Shown: positions 36,730 through 48,203, counted from the first letter of the stretch. The stretch is DNA of 64,000 nucleotides from Candidatus Doudnabacteria bacterium (GCA_963788395.1 CAWBGV010000026.1:137-64136); one strand, 5' to 3'. The notes: generated from the letters alone by a model not told the origin. Numbers and translations are program-made.

Positions 36730-37331
36730 GTAATTTTACTTCCGAATTGTTGTCCTGGGTTCTGCTCTATAAATATGTTGCGATTTATATCATTACTTTC
36801 CTGGGGGCTTTTGCGCTTCCCGTTCCTTCCGGCACGGTTATGATGGCCGCCGCCGCTTTTGCGGTTCAAGGCTACCTTAACGCACCGTTGACGGTCGTCA
36901 TTGGGATTATTGGTAACATCACCGGCGATAACGCCAACTATTGGCTGGCACGGCGGTGGGGAGTGCGCGTATTTAAAAAAATCGGCTTGGGCCGTTTGGT
37001 AGAACACGAAAAAACGCACCGCATCCGCCGCGAAATTGAGCGCCACCCGTTCATTACCATTTTTATCAGCCGCTTCATGACGGCCATCGCGCCCACAGTC
37101 AATATTGTCGCGGGCATCACCGAGTTGGATTACTGGAAATTTTTGTTTTATGAAGCTTTGGGCGAATGCACCGAGGTCGGCTGTTTTTGCGCCATCGGCT
37201 TTATCTTTGGCAGTAACTGGCAATACGTTGACAAGCTCGGCGGCAACGCCTGGCTGTTATTGCTTTTAGGTGTAATTATTAGCTATATTTTTTGGAACAT
37301 ATTACTAAAGCGGGGGGATAAGCGGGGATAA
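36726..37331 (+). CDS. DedA/SNARE-associated family membrane protein
   Basis: …YVAIYIITFLGAFALPVPSGTVMMAAAAF…IGNITGDNANYWLARRWG…FISRFMTAIAPTVNIVAG…. Confidence 0.8.
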   Translation: MSNFTSELLSWVLLYKYVAIYIITFLGAFALPVPSGTVMMAAAAFAVQGYLNAPLTVVIGIIGNITGDNANYWLARRWGVRVFKKIGLGRLVEHEKTHRIRREIERHPFITIFISRFMTAIAPTVNIVAGITELDYWKFLFYEALGECTEVGCFCAIGFIFGSNWQYVDKLGGNAWLLLLLGVIISYIFWNILLKRGDKRG

Positions 37332-37352
37332 TAATGTATTACACTACGGAAA

Positions 37353-37538
37353 GATAATGAATTATTCTACGGAAGCTACAATACCAAAGAGAATTACAGA
37401 TTGGTGATTCGGCGAACATTTTGGACTTTTTGGTGTATAATAGAATTGTATTGGAAATAAAAGCAGGACCCAAGCTTACATTGGCTCATGTAGCCTTCTG
37501 TAGTAAATATAGTAGCTTCCGTTGTATAATTCATTAAT
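37353..37538. repeat. family-B element, filled copy: imperfect 27-nt inverted repeats enclosing a GxxExxY (PD-(D/E)xK) gene remnant
   Basis: gataatgaattattctacggaagctac … gtagcttccgttgtataattcattaat. The interior translates to …IGDSANILDFLVYNRIVLEIKAGPKLTLAHVA…, the core strand pattern of GxxExxY proteins, with no intact ORF. Confidence 0.65.
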
Positions 37539-37547
37539 TAAAAAAAC

Positions 37548-38459
37548 ATGGACATTGCAATTTTTGGTCTGGGTCGTATGGGCGCGCAGATTGCGCGGCG
37601 GCTGCAAAAAAATAATTTTAGCGTTTTGGCCTGGAACCGATCGGAGGGGCCGCGGAACGAAGTGGCTGCGGCAGGAGTAAAAACTTTTGCCGACATCGGC
37701 GAGCTTGTCGGTACCATATCAGAGCAACCTCGTGTCTTTTGGATTATGCTGCCGCACAAAATTGTAGACGACTTTTTGTTTGGCTCGGACCATTTAGGTC
37801 CGCACCTTAAATCTGGCGATATTGTTATCGACGGTGGTAATTCTTTTTATAAAGACTCTATCCGTCGGGGCGCGGAACTGGGAAAAAAAGGAATCATCTT
37901 TTATGATTGCGGCACCAGTGGGGGAGTCTGGGGGGAAGAAAATGGTTTCGCCTTAATGGTCGGCGGCCCCACAGAACAATGGCCGACCATAGAACCAATT
38001 TTTAAAACTTTATCTTCGGGAGATAATTACGGCTTGGTCGGCGGCCATGGTGCCGGACATTTTGTGAAAATGGTCCATAACGGGATTGAATACGGTATGA
38101 TGGAAGCCATTGCCGAAGGCTATGGCATCCTTAAGGCATCCCCATTTAATTTAGACTTGGCTCAGGTTACAAAAATTTATCAACAAGGTTCGGTTGTCCG
38201 TTCTTGGCTGATAGACTTAACGCGGAATATTTTTGAGCACGAAGATATTGAAGGCACCAGCGGTAGCATAGACGCCACGGGCGAAGGGGAGTGGACGATT
38301 AACGCCGGTAAAGAACTGGGGGTGGATGTCCGGGTGATTGAAGACGCTTTTAAGGTGCGCCAGGAATCCAAGGATCCTCAAAACCAGGATAAATTTTCCA
38401 ATAAAATAGTAGCCCTGCTTCGCAAGCAATTCGGCGGTCACGGAATCAGTAAAAAGTAA
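37548..38459 (+). CDS. gnd: 6-phosphogluconate dehydrogenase, short (YqeC/Gnd-like) form
   Basis: MDIAIFGLGRMGAQIARRL…GGNSFYKDS…CGTSGGVWGEENGFALMVGG…GAGHFVKMVHNGIEYGMMEAIAEGY…GSVVRSWL…. Confidence 0.85.
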   Translation: MDIAIFGLGRMGAQIARRLQKNNFSVLAWNRSEGPRNEVAAAGVKTFADIGELVGTISEQPRVFWIMLPHKIVDDFLFGSDHLGPHLKSGDIVIDGGNSFYKDSIRRGAELGKKGIIFYDCGTSGGVWGEENGFALMVGGPTEQWPTIEPIFKTLSSGDNYGLVGGHGAGHFVKMVHNGIEYGMMEAIAEGYGILKASPFNLDLAQVTKIYQQGSVVRSWLIDLTRNIFEHEDIEGTSGSIDATGEGEWTINAGKELGVDVRVIEDAFKVRQESKDPQNQDKFSNKIVALLRKQFGGHGISKK

Positions 38460-38539
38460 TTGGAAAATGGTAAATAGTAATGAGAAACTAGAAAAAAGAA
38501 AAATCATTCCTTTTTTAAAGGAGTGATTTATTTTTGGAG

Positions 38540-38568
38540 TTGCTTTTTTTTCTTAGGTATGCTATAAT
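38540..38568 (+). promoter_or_regulatory. promoter with extended -10 (TTGCTT-N17-TATAAT, TGn)
   Basis: ttgctt…tatgcTATAAT. The same atgctataat core recurs at 41439-41449 upstream of the next giant gene. Confidence 0.5.
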
Positions 38569-38655
38569 ATCTATACAAATAAGCAAACATTCTCCTTCAC
38601 CAAAATCAGTGAGAGGGGAGTATAGAAACAAAATAACAACTAAATAGCTTTTCTT

Positions 38656-41370
38656 ATGAAAAAAAGCCTGTTCGGCCCCTTAGGCTTAGTCCTAACGGCA
38701 GCCTTTAGCTTAGTGGTTTGTATATATATAGGCAGTCAAACCTCCCAAACCCTGTCTTACCTGGACAGTAACACCGCCAGCAGTGCCGCGGCTGTCTCTA
38801 ACCAGGTCTTAAGCCTAGAGCAGGGACTTAGCCATGGTATCCACTATGGCTCAGTCTTAGGCCTCTCGACCATAGCCCAGACTACGGGAGTAACCATAGT
38901 CTCTCCTGCAAGCGGCAGTGTGATTAAGGGCATAACCTATGTCACTGCTACCCTCAATGGCTTTACCCCGGTAGTTTCCGGCAGTAACAGCACCGGAGTT
39001 ACCCTCCAGGTAGACGGGAAAACCACCATCGTCATGACCGCTTCTGCCAATGGCAGCTATAGCGTTGGCTTTAATACTGCTTCTTTAGCCAATGGAGCCC
39101 ATACCCTAACCGTTACTGCCCAAGGATCAAGCCAGAGCTATACTGCTTCTGAGACTGTCTACATTGGCAGTGCTCCTGCACCAACTCCTACTCCTACTGC
39201 TGTTCCTACCCCTACTCCTACGTCAATTCCTACGCCTACTCCCACACCTACACCTACCCCAACCCCTACCCCAACCCCTACTCCTACTACTGCTGCTCCT
39301 GTCATCAGCTACTTCTTAGCCAGTCCTAGCAGCATTAGTGCTGGACAATCTTCCGTACTCTACTGGAACGTGACTGGTAGTGTCAGCAGCATGTCTTTAA
39401 GTGGTGTCGGCTTAGTCACTGGAACCTTCTCCCAAGCCGTAGCTCCCCAGTCTACCATAACTTACACCCTGACTGTTTCTGGTACTGGTGGAACAGCTAC
39501 TGCTCAAGTCACGGTAGTGGTAAGTCCAATGCCTACTCCAACACCTACCCCTCTTCCGACAGTTACGCCTACTCCCACTCCCATTATCACTCCCACCCCT
39601 TCTGCTTACGTAGCTTTTATTTCTCCTGCTAATAACTCAGTTATTAGTGGTACCACTTACGTGACAGTCAAAATTTATGGCTTTACTCCAATAACCACCA
39701 ATGGCAGCGGAGTGACTCTTCAGGTGGATACTAAGAATCCTCTGTTTATGACAGTCTCCGGTGGCAGTAACTATACAGTAGGTTTTAACCCTGCTGCCTA
39801 CGCTTTAGCTAACGGCGCTCATACCCTTACTGTCACTGCTGTGAGTTCCAGTAAGAATTATACTGCTCAAGAAACTTTCTATATTGGTGCTGCTCCCACA
39901 CCTACCCCAACTCCCACACCTACCCCGACTCCTATCCCAACTATTACTCCTACTCCTACCCCGATAGCTACATCAACACCTACTCCCACCCCAACACCGA
40001 CAGCTGTTCCTACTCCTACTCCTACTCCAACACCCATCCCCACTCCTACTCCTACCCCAACTCCCACCAACACTGACCCTACCGGTCATTTAGACGGAGT
40101 TAAGACTGATGGCACCGTCTATGGCTGGAGTGAAGACCCTGATAATACCTCTGTAGCCAATAACGTAGATATCTATATTGACAAGAATGCCGGAACAGCC
40201 GGAGCTGCTCCTTTAGCCAGGATCAGTGCTAACCAGTACCGTTCCGATGTTGGTAACCATGCCTTTAACTATGTCTTACCCAGCTCTTACCAAGATGGCC
40301 AAACCCACCAAGTCTGGGTCTGGGGCATTGACTTAACCGATACCACAGGAGCCCACAACGACCAACTCCCAGGCTCACCGGTATCTTTTAGTTTACCTGC
40401 TCCAACTCCTACGCCGACGCCTACTCCAAGTCCGACACCCACGCCTACTCCAACTCCAACCCCCACTTCTGTATCAGTCACACCAAATGATCCGTTGTAT
40501 CCTGGTCAATGGGCGCTTACAAAAATGGGAGTCAATTTAGCTTGGTCTCAAACTACAGGAAGCAGTTCGACGATTATCGCGATTATTGATACTGGCGTAA
40601 CTCCGGTTTCAGATCTCGCGGGTAATATGATTCCCGGTTGGGATTACTTCGATAATATTTCTAATAGCGCCGATACTTCTGGCCACGGCTCTATGGTCGC
40701 GGGTGTTGCCGCGGCCGTAACTAATAATGCGACCGGTATTGCCGGAGTATGTTGGTCTTGCAGCATTATGCCTCTTCGCGCCTCGGACCAGAACGGACAA
40801 ATTTATTCTTACGCAGTTGCAGATGCGTTAACTTATGCCGCCGACCACGGCGCCAAAGTTGCGATTATTGGAGCTCCATTCACCAGTATTTCGGCCGTAC
40901 AAACAGCTGCCCAATATTTTTTTAATAAGGGCGGAATTGTGCTAGTGCCGATTGGAGATTCAGCAGGGTATTTTGATACCACTCCTATGCCTACACTCGC
41001 CGGCACGACAACCCCGTACATGTTAACTATAGGTTCAACGGACACTAATGATAATGCATACTCCGGAGTTGGCACGGGCAATGATGTTGCTTTAACCGCT
41101 CCAGGCATGGTTAGCGCCACCACGGATACCCAAGGGTTCTATACGACCATAGCCCAGGGCCCCACATTTTCTGCCGCACTGGTTGGGGGAGTAGCCGCTT
41201 TGATGTATTCAGCAAACCCCTGCTTATCCGCAACCCAGGTAACAAATATATTAATTCAGACTGCGGTCCATCTGGGAACTCCGGGCTGGAACTCCACCTT
41301 TGGTTGGGGGAGAGTCGATGCCAATAAAGCACTGCAAATGGCTACAGCCACAAGTTGTTCTGCAAATTAA
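38656..41370 (+). CDS. large secreted modular protein with a C-terminal S8 (subtilisin-like) peptidase domain
   Basis: Signal/TM, 2 Ig-like modules (…ISPA..SVI.G.TYVT…GFTP…GVTLQVD…[11 protein letters not shown]…), an FN3/Ig segment, the ~105-aa module and TP linkers. The S8 core has IIAIIDTGV (Asp), [15 protein letters not shown] (His) and [15 protein letters not shown] (Ser-motif region). Confidence 0.85.
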   Translation: MKKSLFGPLGLVLTAAFSLVVCIYIGSQTSQTLSYLDSNTASSAAAVSNQVLSLEQGLSHGIHYGSVLGLSTIAQTTGVTIVSPASGSVIKGITYVTATLNGFTPVVSGSNSTGVTLQVDGKTTIVMTASANGSYSVGFNTASLANGAHTLTVTAQGSSQSYTASETVYIGSAPAPTPTPTAVPTPTPTSIPTPTPTPTPTPTPTPTPTPTTAAPVISYFLASPSSISAGQSSVLYWNVTGSVSSMSLSGVGLVTGTFSQAVAPQSTITYTLTVSGTGGTATAQVTVVVSPMPTPTPTPLPTVTPTPTPIITPTPSAYVAFISPANNSVISGTTYVTVKIYGFTPITTNGSGVTLQVDTKNPLFMTVSGGSNYTVGFNPAAYALANGAHTLTVTAVSSSKNYTAQETFYIGAAPTPTPTPTPTPTPIPTITPTPTPIATSTPTPTPTPTAVPTPTPTPTPIPTPTPTPTPTNTDPTGHLDGVKTDGTVYGWSEDPDNTSVANNVDIYIDKNAGTAGAAPLARISANQYRSDVGNHAFNYVLPSSYQDGQTHQVWVWGIDLTDTTGAHNDQLPGSPVSFSLPAPTPTPTPTPSPTPTPTPTPTPTSVSVTPNDPLYPGQWALTKMGVNLAWSQTTGSSSTIIAIIDTGVTPVSDLAGNMIPGWDYFDNISNSADTSGHGSMVAGVAAAVTNNATGIAGVCWSCSIMPLRASDQNGQIYSYAVADALTYAADHGAKVAIIGAPFTSISAVQTAAQYFFNKGGIVLVPIGDSAGYFDTTPMPTLAGTTTPYMLTIGSTDTNDNAYSGVGTGNDVALTAPGMVSATTDTQGFYTTIAQGPTFSAALVGGVAALMYSANPCLSATQVTNILIQTAVHLGTPGWNSTFGWGRVDANKALQMATATSCSAN
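39975..40440 (+). repeat. ~465-bp cassette (TP linker + ~105-aa module), copy 1
   Basis: Aligns by eye almost base for base with 44050-44515 and more loosely with ~43215-43640. Confidence 0.8.
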
Positions 41371-41390
41371 ACAAAAAATAAAAATATTTT

Positions 41391-41419
41391 AAACCCCTCT
41401 AAATCTAGGGGGTTTTTTT
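41391..41419 (+). terminator. rho-independent terminator
   Basis: aaaCCCCTctaaatctAGGGGGttttttt. Confidence 0.7.
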
Positions 41420-41420
41420 C

Positions 41421-41449
41421 TTGATTTATTTAGGTAGATATGCTATAAT
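41421..41449 (+). promoter_or_regulatory. promoter TTGATT-17-TATAAT
   Basis: TTGATT (41421-26), a 17-nt spacer ending in tgc, then TATAAT (41444-49). Confidence 0.55.
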
Positions 41450-41586
41450 AAGTTTACAAGATTGCTCTTGAAACAAAAAGCCTAGCTAAATAAAAACACA
41501 ATTTACGTTCGTGCAACAAACTCTATGCTTCATAGGGTTTAGGTGCCTTTTTGCTTAATTAATTAGCAAATAAAACAAAAACAAAA

Positions 41587-42261
41587 ATGAATAAAAGAAT
41601 CTTCGCAATTGCGGGTATTGGCTCGGTGATGGCCTTGAGCCTCCTGCTCGGTGTTCAAACTTCGTATACCTTGTCTTACATAGACGGTAACGTAGCTGCC
41701 GGCCAAGCTAACAATGCCTACGTCTTGCCGCACGCAGGGAAAGTTTTAGGTGCATCTACCACAACCAATAGCGGCGACAGTCCCGCATCGGTTATTATTA
41801 TCGTCAACGACGCCACCCCACCCGAAGCCGGGACCAACGGCGTAGGTGCCAGTGACTGGGTAGGGGAGCATTACGCTGCTGCTCGGGGTATTCCGACCTC
41901 GAACATTTTTCATATTAATTGGAGTCCCTGTTGCAATATAGTTGATCCGCACAATTACAGCGATTACACCATCAGCTCCACCGATTATATCTCGGTGATT
42001 CGCGACCCCTTACGCGCTTTTTTGCAAGCCAATAGTTTGACTAACGCCATTAATTACATAGTACCGGTTTATGGAGTGCCGTTTAAATTTAACGACTCAG
42101 GCGCTCTGGCCGGTGTTTCTTTAGATTCTTTTTTGACGTACTTGAATTCCGGTTCCATGACGCCCGAGCTTGTTAACCCTTACCAGGCTACCGCCGCCTC
42201 GGATTTTTCCGAACCCACTTTCGTTATTTCCAAAATCCACAAGGTTTCAAAATATACTTAG
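41587..42261 (+). CDS. TIGR03790-family domain protein, N-terminal part (frame break at ~42259)
   Basis: Signal/TM, then …SVIIIVNDATPPEAG…WVGEHYAAARGIPTSNIFHI…INYIVPVYGVPFKF… follows the TIGR03790 pattern. Confidence 0.7.
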   Translation: MNKRIFAIAGIGSVMALSLLLGVQTSYTLSYIDGNVAAGQANNAYVLPHAGKVLGASTTTNSGDSPASVIIIVNDATPPEAGTNGVGASDWVGEHYAAARGIPTSNIFHINWSPCCNIVDPHNYSDYTISSTDYISVIRDPLRAFLQANSLTNAINYIVPVYGVPFKFNDSGALAGVSLDSFLTYLNSGSMTPELVNPYQATAASDFSEPTFVISKIHKVSKYT

Positions 42262-43478
42262 TGACCCGCTTGGACGGTCCTACTGCGGTTGAGGCCGCGG
42301 GTTTGGTCGACAAAGCTATCAGCGCTGAGCAGACATTGACTACGAGTTCGGGCACTGGTTATTTTGACGCCCAGTGGCCGCAACCTTGCCCGTACAACGA
42401 TTACCACTGCCCGGTCAACACCAGCATTAATAATGCCGCGGCTCTCAGTCAGGCCGCCGGCTTTAATACAGTTGATAATATTCAAAGCGTTACCGGCCAC
42501 ATGATTACCAGTGCTCCCAATACCTTGTGGGCCTGGGGCTGGTACGGTTCCGATACCGGAGCTTATAGTTTTGCAAATGGCGCGGTCGGAGCGCAGCTGA
42601 CATCGTATACCGCCAATCAAATTCGCGACCCCAGCGGCACTTCCGCCTGGGTACCGAATTGGATTAACGATGGTATTACCGCCACTTGGGGCGCCAGCAG
42701 TGAGCCCTACTCCACCGGCTACGCCATGGGAGATATTTTGTTAAATCATTTTTGGCACGGTTATAATTTTGCGGAAAGCGCCTACTTGTCCAATCCATAC
42801 CAGCACTGGATGATGGTCTTTATTGGCGACCCGTTATACGCGCCGAAAATTTTTCAAAACGTTCAAATTTCTACCGATACCCAAGCGCCTTCGCAAGTAG
42901 TTGGACTGTCGGAGTTTAGTACCAATACGCAAGTTGTTTTGCAGTGGACTAAACCATTTGATAATGTAGGCGTCACCGGTTATAACGTTTATCGCAATGG
43001 ATCATTTTTGGCACTTACTCAGGGGATCGCTTATGTTGATAATCAAGTTCAGAGCGGCGCAACTTACAGTTATACAGTCACCGCATTTGATGCGGCGGGA
43101 AATGTTTCGATTCCTTCTGCGCCGATAGTAGTTAAGGTCCCGGGATCTTCCTCTACTCCAACTCCTACTCCCACCCCAACTCCAGTTCCGACAGTTATCC
43201 CAACCCCCACTCCAACCCCTACTGCTGTTCCTACCCCAACACCTACCCCAACTCCTATCCCCACTCCCACTCCCACTCCCACTCCCACCAATACCGATCC
43301 TACCGGTCATCTTGATGGAGTTAAGAGCGATGGTACGGTATTTGGTTGGAGTGAAGATCCAGATAATACCTCTGTACCAAATCAAGTAGACATTTACGTA
43401 GACCAAAATGCCAGCACTCCCGGAGCCAGTCCCTTGGTGAGAATTACCGGCAGGGGACTACCGTTCCGATGTTGGTAA
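42261..43478 (+). CDS. same gene: TIGR03790 core, FN3, TP linker, start of ~105-aa module
   Basis: [23 protein letters not shown]…WAWGWYGS…[13 protein letters not shown]…[35 protein letters not shown]…[10 protein letters not shown]; FN3 (…[21 protein letters not shown]…); frameshift at ~43450 inside the module. Confidence 0.75.
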   Translation: MTRLDGPTAVEAAGLVDKAISAEQTLTTSSGTGYFDAQWPQPCPYNDYHCPVNTSINNAAALSQAAGFNTVDNIQSVTGHMITSAPNTLWAWGWYGSDTGAYSFANGAVGAQLTSYTANQIRDPSGTSAWVPNWINDGITATWGASSEPYSTGYAMGDILLNHFWHGYNFAESAYLSNPYQHWMMVFIGDPLYAPKIFQNVQISTDTQAPSQVVGLSEFSTNTQVVLQWTKPFDNVGVTGYNVYRNGSFLALTQGIAYVDNQVQSGATYSYTVTAFDAAGNVSIPSAPIVVKVPGSSSTPTPTPTPTPVPTVIPTPTPTPTAVPTPTPTPTPIPTPTPTPTPTNTDPTGHLDGVKSDGTVFGWSEDPDNTSVPNQVDIYVDQNASTPGASPLVRITGRGLPFRCW

Positions 43479-43479
43479 C

Positions 43480-45270
43480 CATGCCTTTAACTATGTCCTC
43501 CCCAGTAACTATTTTGATGGTCAAACCCACCAAGTCTGGGTCTGGGGCATTGACTTAACCGATACTACTGGAGCCCATAACGACCAACTGCCTGGTTCAC
43601 CGGTATCTTTTAGTTTATCGGTACCTACACCTATTCCAACTCCTACACCTACTCCGACACCAACTCCGACTCCAACTCCTACACCTACTCCGACTCCCAC
43701 ACCAACCCCTACACCTACTTCTACTGTTACTTTTATACCTGGGGTAACTCCTACACCGTCGCCGACACCTCCGCCTGTTATAGTAGTGGTTATAACCCCG
43801 GCTGCTCCAACGGTAAATCCGAGGCAGACTTGAGCAATTCAACGCATCTGTAATGGGCAGTAGCAACCAAGCCGTTACTTGGGCCATTAGCCCGCCAATC
43901 GGAACTATCTCAAGTTCAGGTTTTTATACGGCTCCAAATTCAGTTGCGAATTTAACCATAATAACTTTATCTGCTACTTCCGTAGCTAACCCGGCTAAAG
44001 TCACCAGCACAATCATTTTTCTAACTGCTGGAACTGCAGCTCCTACACCAACACCTACTCCCACCCCAACACCGACAGCTGTTCCTACTCCAACTCCTAC
44101 TCCAACACCCATCCCAACCCCCACACCTACCCCAACTCCCACCAACACTGACCCTACCGGTCATTTAGACGGAGTTAAGACTGATGGCACCGTCTATGGC
44201 TGGAAGCGAAGACCCTGATAATACCTCTGTAGCCAATAACGTTGATATCTATATTGACAAGAATGCCGGAACAGCCGGAGCTGCTCCCATAGCCAGAGTC
44301 TCAGCTAACCAGTACAGATCTGACGTAGGCAACCATTCCTTTAACTATGTCTTACCCAGCTCTTACCAAGATGGTCAAACCCACCAAGTCTGGGTCTGGG
44401 GCATTGACTTAACCGATACCACAGGAGCCCACAACGACCAACTCCCAGGCTCACCGGTATCCTTTACGTTACCTGCTCCAACTCCGACGCCGACGCCTAC
44501 TCCGACGCCAACGCCCACACCGACACCAACTCCAACTCCGACTCCCACACCTACACCGACGTCAGCTCCAACATCAACTCCAACTCCAACCCCAACATCT
44601 ATTCCAACTCCTACACCTACTCCCACGCCGGTGCCTACTGTTCCGATAACCGTTACTATCTCTCCGGCCGCTCCGACTGTAAATCCTGGACAGAGTGTGC
44701 AGTTTACCAGCAGTGTTTTGGGAATAAGTAATCAAGCGGTCACTTGGACTATTACCCCGCAGCTGGGAACCAGTAAGTTCAAACGGTCTGTATACCGCTC
44801 CCTCCAGTGTCGCTAATTTAACTCTGGTGACCTTCAGGCCTCAGCCGTGGGTAGCCCCGGTACCAATAGAACTAGTATCATATTCTTAGCGGCCGGAACT
44901 GTTGCGCCGACCCCAACTCCGACTCCCACACCATCAGCTACTCCTACTACTACCCCAACGCCTACCCCAACGCCTACTCCAACCCCAACTCCGACTCCAA
45001 CTCCAACACCTGCCCCAAATTAGCGTGCGGATGAGTCCGGCTTTCCCAACCATTCATTCTGGTCAGACCCAACAATTTACAGCAACAGTCACCGGCACGA
45101 GTAACCAGGCTGTAACCTGGAATATCTCTCCGCAGACCGGGAGTATTAGCTCCACCGGTTTATACACCGCTCCGGCTACGATTTCTTCGGAAGTGATTAT
45201 TAATATTTCGGTTACTTCTGCAGCCGATCCCACTAAAAATTCTACCTCCGCGATTTTACTCGCTCCGTAA
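43480..45270 (+). pseudogene. same gene, C-terminal module array with at least 4 further frame breaks
   Basis: ORF fragments 43853-44218, 44184-44816 and 44902-45270 plus unlisted frames encode rest-of-module, TP linkers, 3 Big_2-like modules and a second full ~105-aa module. Breaks lie at ~43830, ~44205, ~44800 and ~44900. Confidence 0.6.
44050..44515 (+). repeat. ~465-bp cassette, copy 2 (near-identical to 39975-40440)
   Basis: Same order of [43 protein letters not shown]…VSF[ST]LPAPTPTP. It differs by scattered substitutions and a 1-nt indel at ~44205. Confidence 0.8.
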
Positions 45271-45570
45271 TGAGAAAGTATGTTGAAATTACCTAAGTAT
45301 GCTGTGAAAGGAAAACTTAGCTAGCCATTGTTGGCTTGCAGGTTTTGACTATTGCGGCCATGGTTCAGGTTTTAATTACCGCAACTGTCCACGCGACTTT
45401 TTCGGTACAGGTGGTAAACACAACCGCGACTCAGGCCTTGCTGACCTATACCGCCCCGACAATAATCCGTGTACTCTAGTGGTGAGTGAATCGGCTTCTT
45501 TGACTCCGGTCGTGCACGATGTGGACCCAAGCATTTTCCTGGCTCTAATTTAGACAGCCGTTCCACCAGC

Positions 45571-46368
45571 GTGGTCAACGGACAGACCGGATTGTGGTCA
45601 TTGGCCAACGCATGGTTCAGCAGGGGAGCGACGGGAACATGTACTCCCGAGCTCTGCAGGCCCTACACTACCCATTACTACCAAGTGACCTGCGGCAGCC
45701 AAGTGGCCAGCGGCAGTTTTCAAACCATGAATCCGCCGCTGGGCAGCAACTATCCTGAACTTCCTAATTTTGATTCCAATAGTTTTGGCAACGTAGCCGC
45801 CCCGACCATCAACTGGACTGACCGCGACGTAAACTATATTGATCCCCAAACCGGAATTTTACTTAAGCGCATTACCGGTCCGGAAGATAACGCTCCCAGC
45901 GCCTGGCAAATCAACAACGCCTCGTTTACCTATGTTCTAGACCGCACCGGAGCTTGGACAAACCCAAACAACGCGTTGAGTTACGGTTCAGCCGGCGCCA
46001 CGATTACCCAAACTGGCGCGCCCTTGTTTTTGGCTTGGAATAAAATTAGCATCGGCGGCGATGGAGGTAATGCCAGCTGGAGCAGTTTTTTCTCCTCTTT
46101 GGATGATTTGCGGATTGATGCTAAATTAGCCGGCAGCGGCACATTGGCCGCATGTATTACGTTCGATAGCGGACAAACTTGTGCTTCCAGGCAGCTGACC
46201 ATTTCCGGCAGCGGCGCGGTTTCCGTGCCTACCGATTTTCCTCATCCGGAATTCGCCGATTGGGGAAATAATATCTATCACGACGATCTGGTCAACCCAG
46301 CCGGTACTGCCAACGTCAGCGGCAGCACCGTTACCTGGGTCAGCGGTGATTGTTTTTACAAGATTTAA
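45571..46368 (+). CDS. fragment of a ~4.8-kb giant secreted-protein gene (45280-50126), heavily frame-broken
   Basis: The gene starts at 45280 (MLKLPKYAVKGKL…, TM …LAIVGLQVLTIAAMVQVLI in another frame). This fragment reads …VVNGQTGLWSLANAWFSRGATGTCTPELCRPYTTHYYQVTCGSQVASGSFQTMNPP… No family was recognised. Confidence 0.55.
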   Translation: MVNGQTGLWSLANAWFSRGATGTCTPELCRPYTTHYYQVTCGSQVASGSFQTMNPPLGSNYPELPNFDSNSFGNVAAPTINWTDRDVNYIDPQTGILLKRITGPEDNAPSAWQINNASFTYVLDRTGAWTNPNNALSYGSAGATITQTGAPLFLAWNKISIGGDGGNASWSSFFSSLDDLRIDAKLAGSGTLAACITFDSGQTCASRQLTISGSGAVSVPTDFPHPEFADWGNNIYHDDLVNPAGTANVSGSTVTWVSGDCFYKI

Positions 46369-46449
46369 AGCCGGGCAGTAAATAGAAATTAGCGGCAGCA
46401 GCTGTCCGAATCAAATTATTACGCTGAGCCGAATGCTCGCTTCCAGAGC

Positions 46450-46914
46450 ATGTTGCTCGTGGAAAATGCCGGCACGCTTTCCAATGCTAATTTCCAAATA
46501 TATGGCGGCGGCATTATGTTGACCTTAGCTTCCGGCACTTCAGTAACAGCTTCTTTAAAATGGGACATGGCAGCTTCTCAGCAATTTTCCGACGGTTCAA
46601 ACAGGCGAAAGGATTACTGTTCCTCACTTTCGGTCAATGATATTAACGTTGATCGTTACGGTAATCCCTTGGGCAGTCCCAAAAGCGGATATTTGTGCAG
46701 CTTCAGCTTCGGAACTTATTTGTTCATACCGGCTACGGGCGAATCTCGATTACTGTCCTTGTATAGTGCTGCCGGCTGGAGTCCCACCGACCCGAAACTT
46801 TTTACACCAGCGATTACGCCGGTGATTTGCTCAAGGTCACCTATACCGGTAATTATACGGAATATGACCCCGGCACCAGTGCCAGCCCTCCGCCTGATCC
46901 TACATCCGTGGTAA
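46450..46914 (+). CDS. fragment of the same giant gene
   Basis: Protein-like composition. It overlaps the next fragment, consistent with an indel at ~46850. Confidence 0.45.
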   Translation: MLLVENAGTLSNANFQIYGGGIMLTLASGTSVTASLKWDMAASQQFSDGSNRRKDYCSSLSVNDINVDRYGNPLGSPKSGYLCSFSFGTYLFIPATGESRLLSLYSAAGWSPTDPKLFTPAITPVICSRSPIPVIIRNMTPAPVPALRLILHPW

Positions 46915-48203
46915 ATTTAACAGCTTCGGTGCCGGATATTGGTACTCAATTTTCCCAACTGGGAGGTTCAATTTCGACGGCTTACAATACTGGCTTGTTT
47001 GGAAAGCCTGGTTTGAGCGGTATTTTAGATGGCTACGCGGTTTACGAAACTTCGGAAGGGCAAGACGCGCCCTGCCTGGTGGCGCATATGGATTTAAATA
47101 CCGGATTATTAGTTTCCGGGTTTACCAGTTGCACCCATTTCCCGGCCCGTTGGGGCGGCTGCCACTTTGGGCCGCAGAATATCGGAACCTGGCAGGCGGC
47201 AGACCTGAATCCTTTAAACAAGCAAAGCAATCAAGTATCTTTGGGCGGCCCCTTCAAAATGGATGTGCTGGAACTTCAGCGGGGGAGCAACTGGTCGAGT
47301 ACCACTTCCGTACCTTCCTTTTTCGTTGATCCTGACAATACGCAGCTGAGCGATCCGATCATAGTTCATTCCGTGGATAACCCCAACTCAAAAAATCCTA
47401 TCTCTTCCGGCTTGCAAGACGGAGATCCGGTGGTGATAAAAGGTTTTAGTATTCCCGATGCTCCTGCCAACGGACAATTTTATGCCAAAGTCAGCGGGCT
47501 GCCTTATGATGAAGTTTCTCTATATAAAGATCCCGGGTTAACCCAGCCGGTCAATGGCGCGGGTGCCGTTGCTACTAATGGTTGGGAAAGTATTTATTTT
47601 GCCCAGACTTGCCCGACCGGTTTGAGTTCACAATGGACGAGTGGTATGGAATGGGATTCCACCGGCGCGGTCGGCCGCCGTTGTATTACCTTAAAAATAA
47701 ACGGTGAGCCTTGCAGTATTTACGCTACTTCCGCCGAGCACGCGGTCTTCCCGTGCGAGGCTGATCCTACTAACGTCACTAAGTCTTCTTTGCAAGACAT
47801 TCAACCCGGCGATTTTATTGCTGATTACGGCAACGGTGGTTATGAAGAAAAAATGGTTGTGGTGAAGGTGGTAAAAAATAGTAATAACGATATTGATGTT
47901 ACTCTTATGCGCTGGTGGGGCGATGAAGTCGGCTGCGATAAGTTTGGTACTGACCCCAGCGGGATGATCATCCCAATGGTTGGACGCCGTATATGGTTCC
48001 CAGCAATACTGTGCACAGGCGGGGTCGATTTCACCAACATGTCTGACCCGACAGATGCCTGGCTGTCCGGCGATTGGTTCTTCAGCAGTATCCACGGCGA
48101 TTACGGCTCGGCAACGCCACCGGCACTCTATGACTTCGTCAATGGCCAGGATTTGCCGATTTTGAACCAGACTCCGCAAACTTTTAATTGCCAGTTCGCT
48201 TAA
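46827..48203 (+). CDS. largest intact fragment (458 aa) of the same giant gene
   Basis: …YTGNYTEYDPGTSASPPPDPTSVVNLTASVPDIGTQF…CTHFPARWGGCHFGPQNIG… Beta-rich, with no recognised domain. Confidence 0.55.
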   Translation: MLKVTYTGNYTEYDPGTSASPPPDPTSVVNLTASVPDIGTQFSQLGGSISTAYNTGLFGKPGLSGILDGYAVYETSEGQDAPCLVAHMDLNTGLLVSGFTSCTHFPARWGGCHFGPQNIGTWQAADLNPLNKQSNQVSLGGPFKMDVLELQRGSNWSSTTSVPSFFVDPDNTQLSDPIIVHSVDNPNSKNPISSGLQDGDPVVIKGFSIPDAPANGQFYAKVSGLPYDEVSLYKDPGLTQPVNGAGAVATNGWESIYFAQTCPTGLSSQWTSGMEWDSTGAVGRRCITLKINGEPCSIYATSAEHAVFPCEADPTNVTKSSLQDIQPGDFIADYGNGGYEEKMVVVKVVKNSNNDIDVTLMRWWGDEVGCDKFGTDPSGMIIPMVGRRIWFPAILCTGGVDFTNMSDPTDAWLSGDWFFSSIHGDYGSATPPALYDFVNGQDLPILNQTPQTFNCQFA

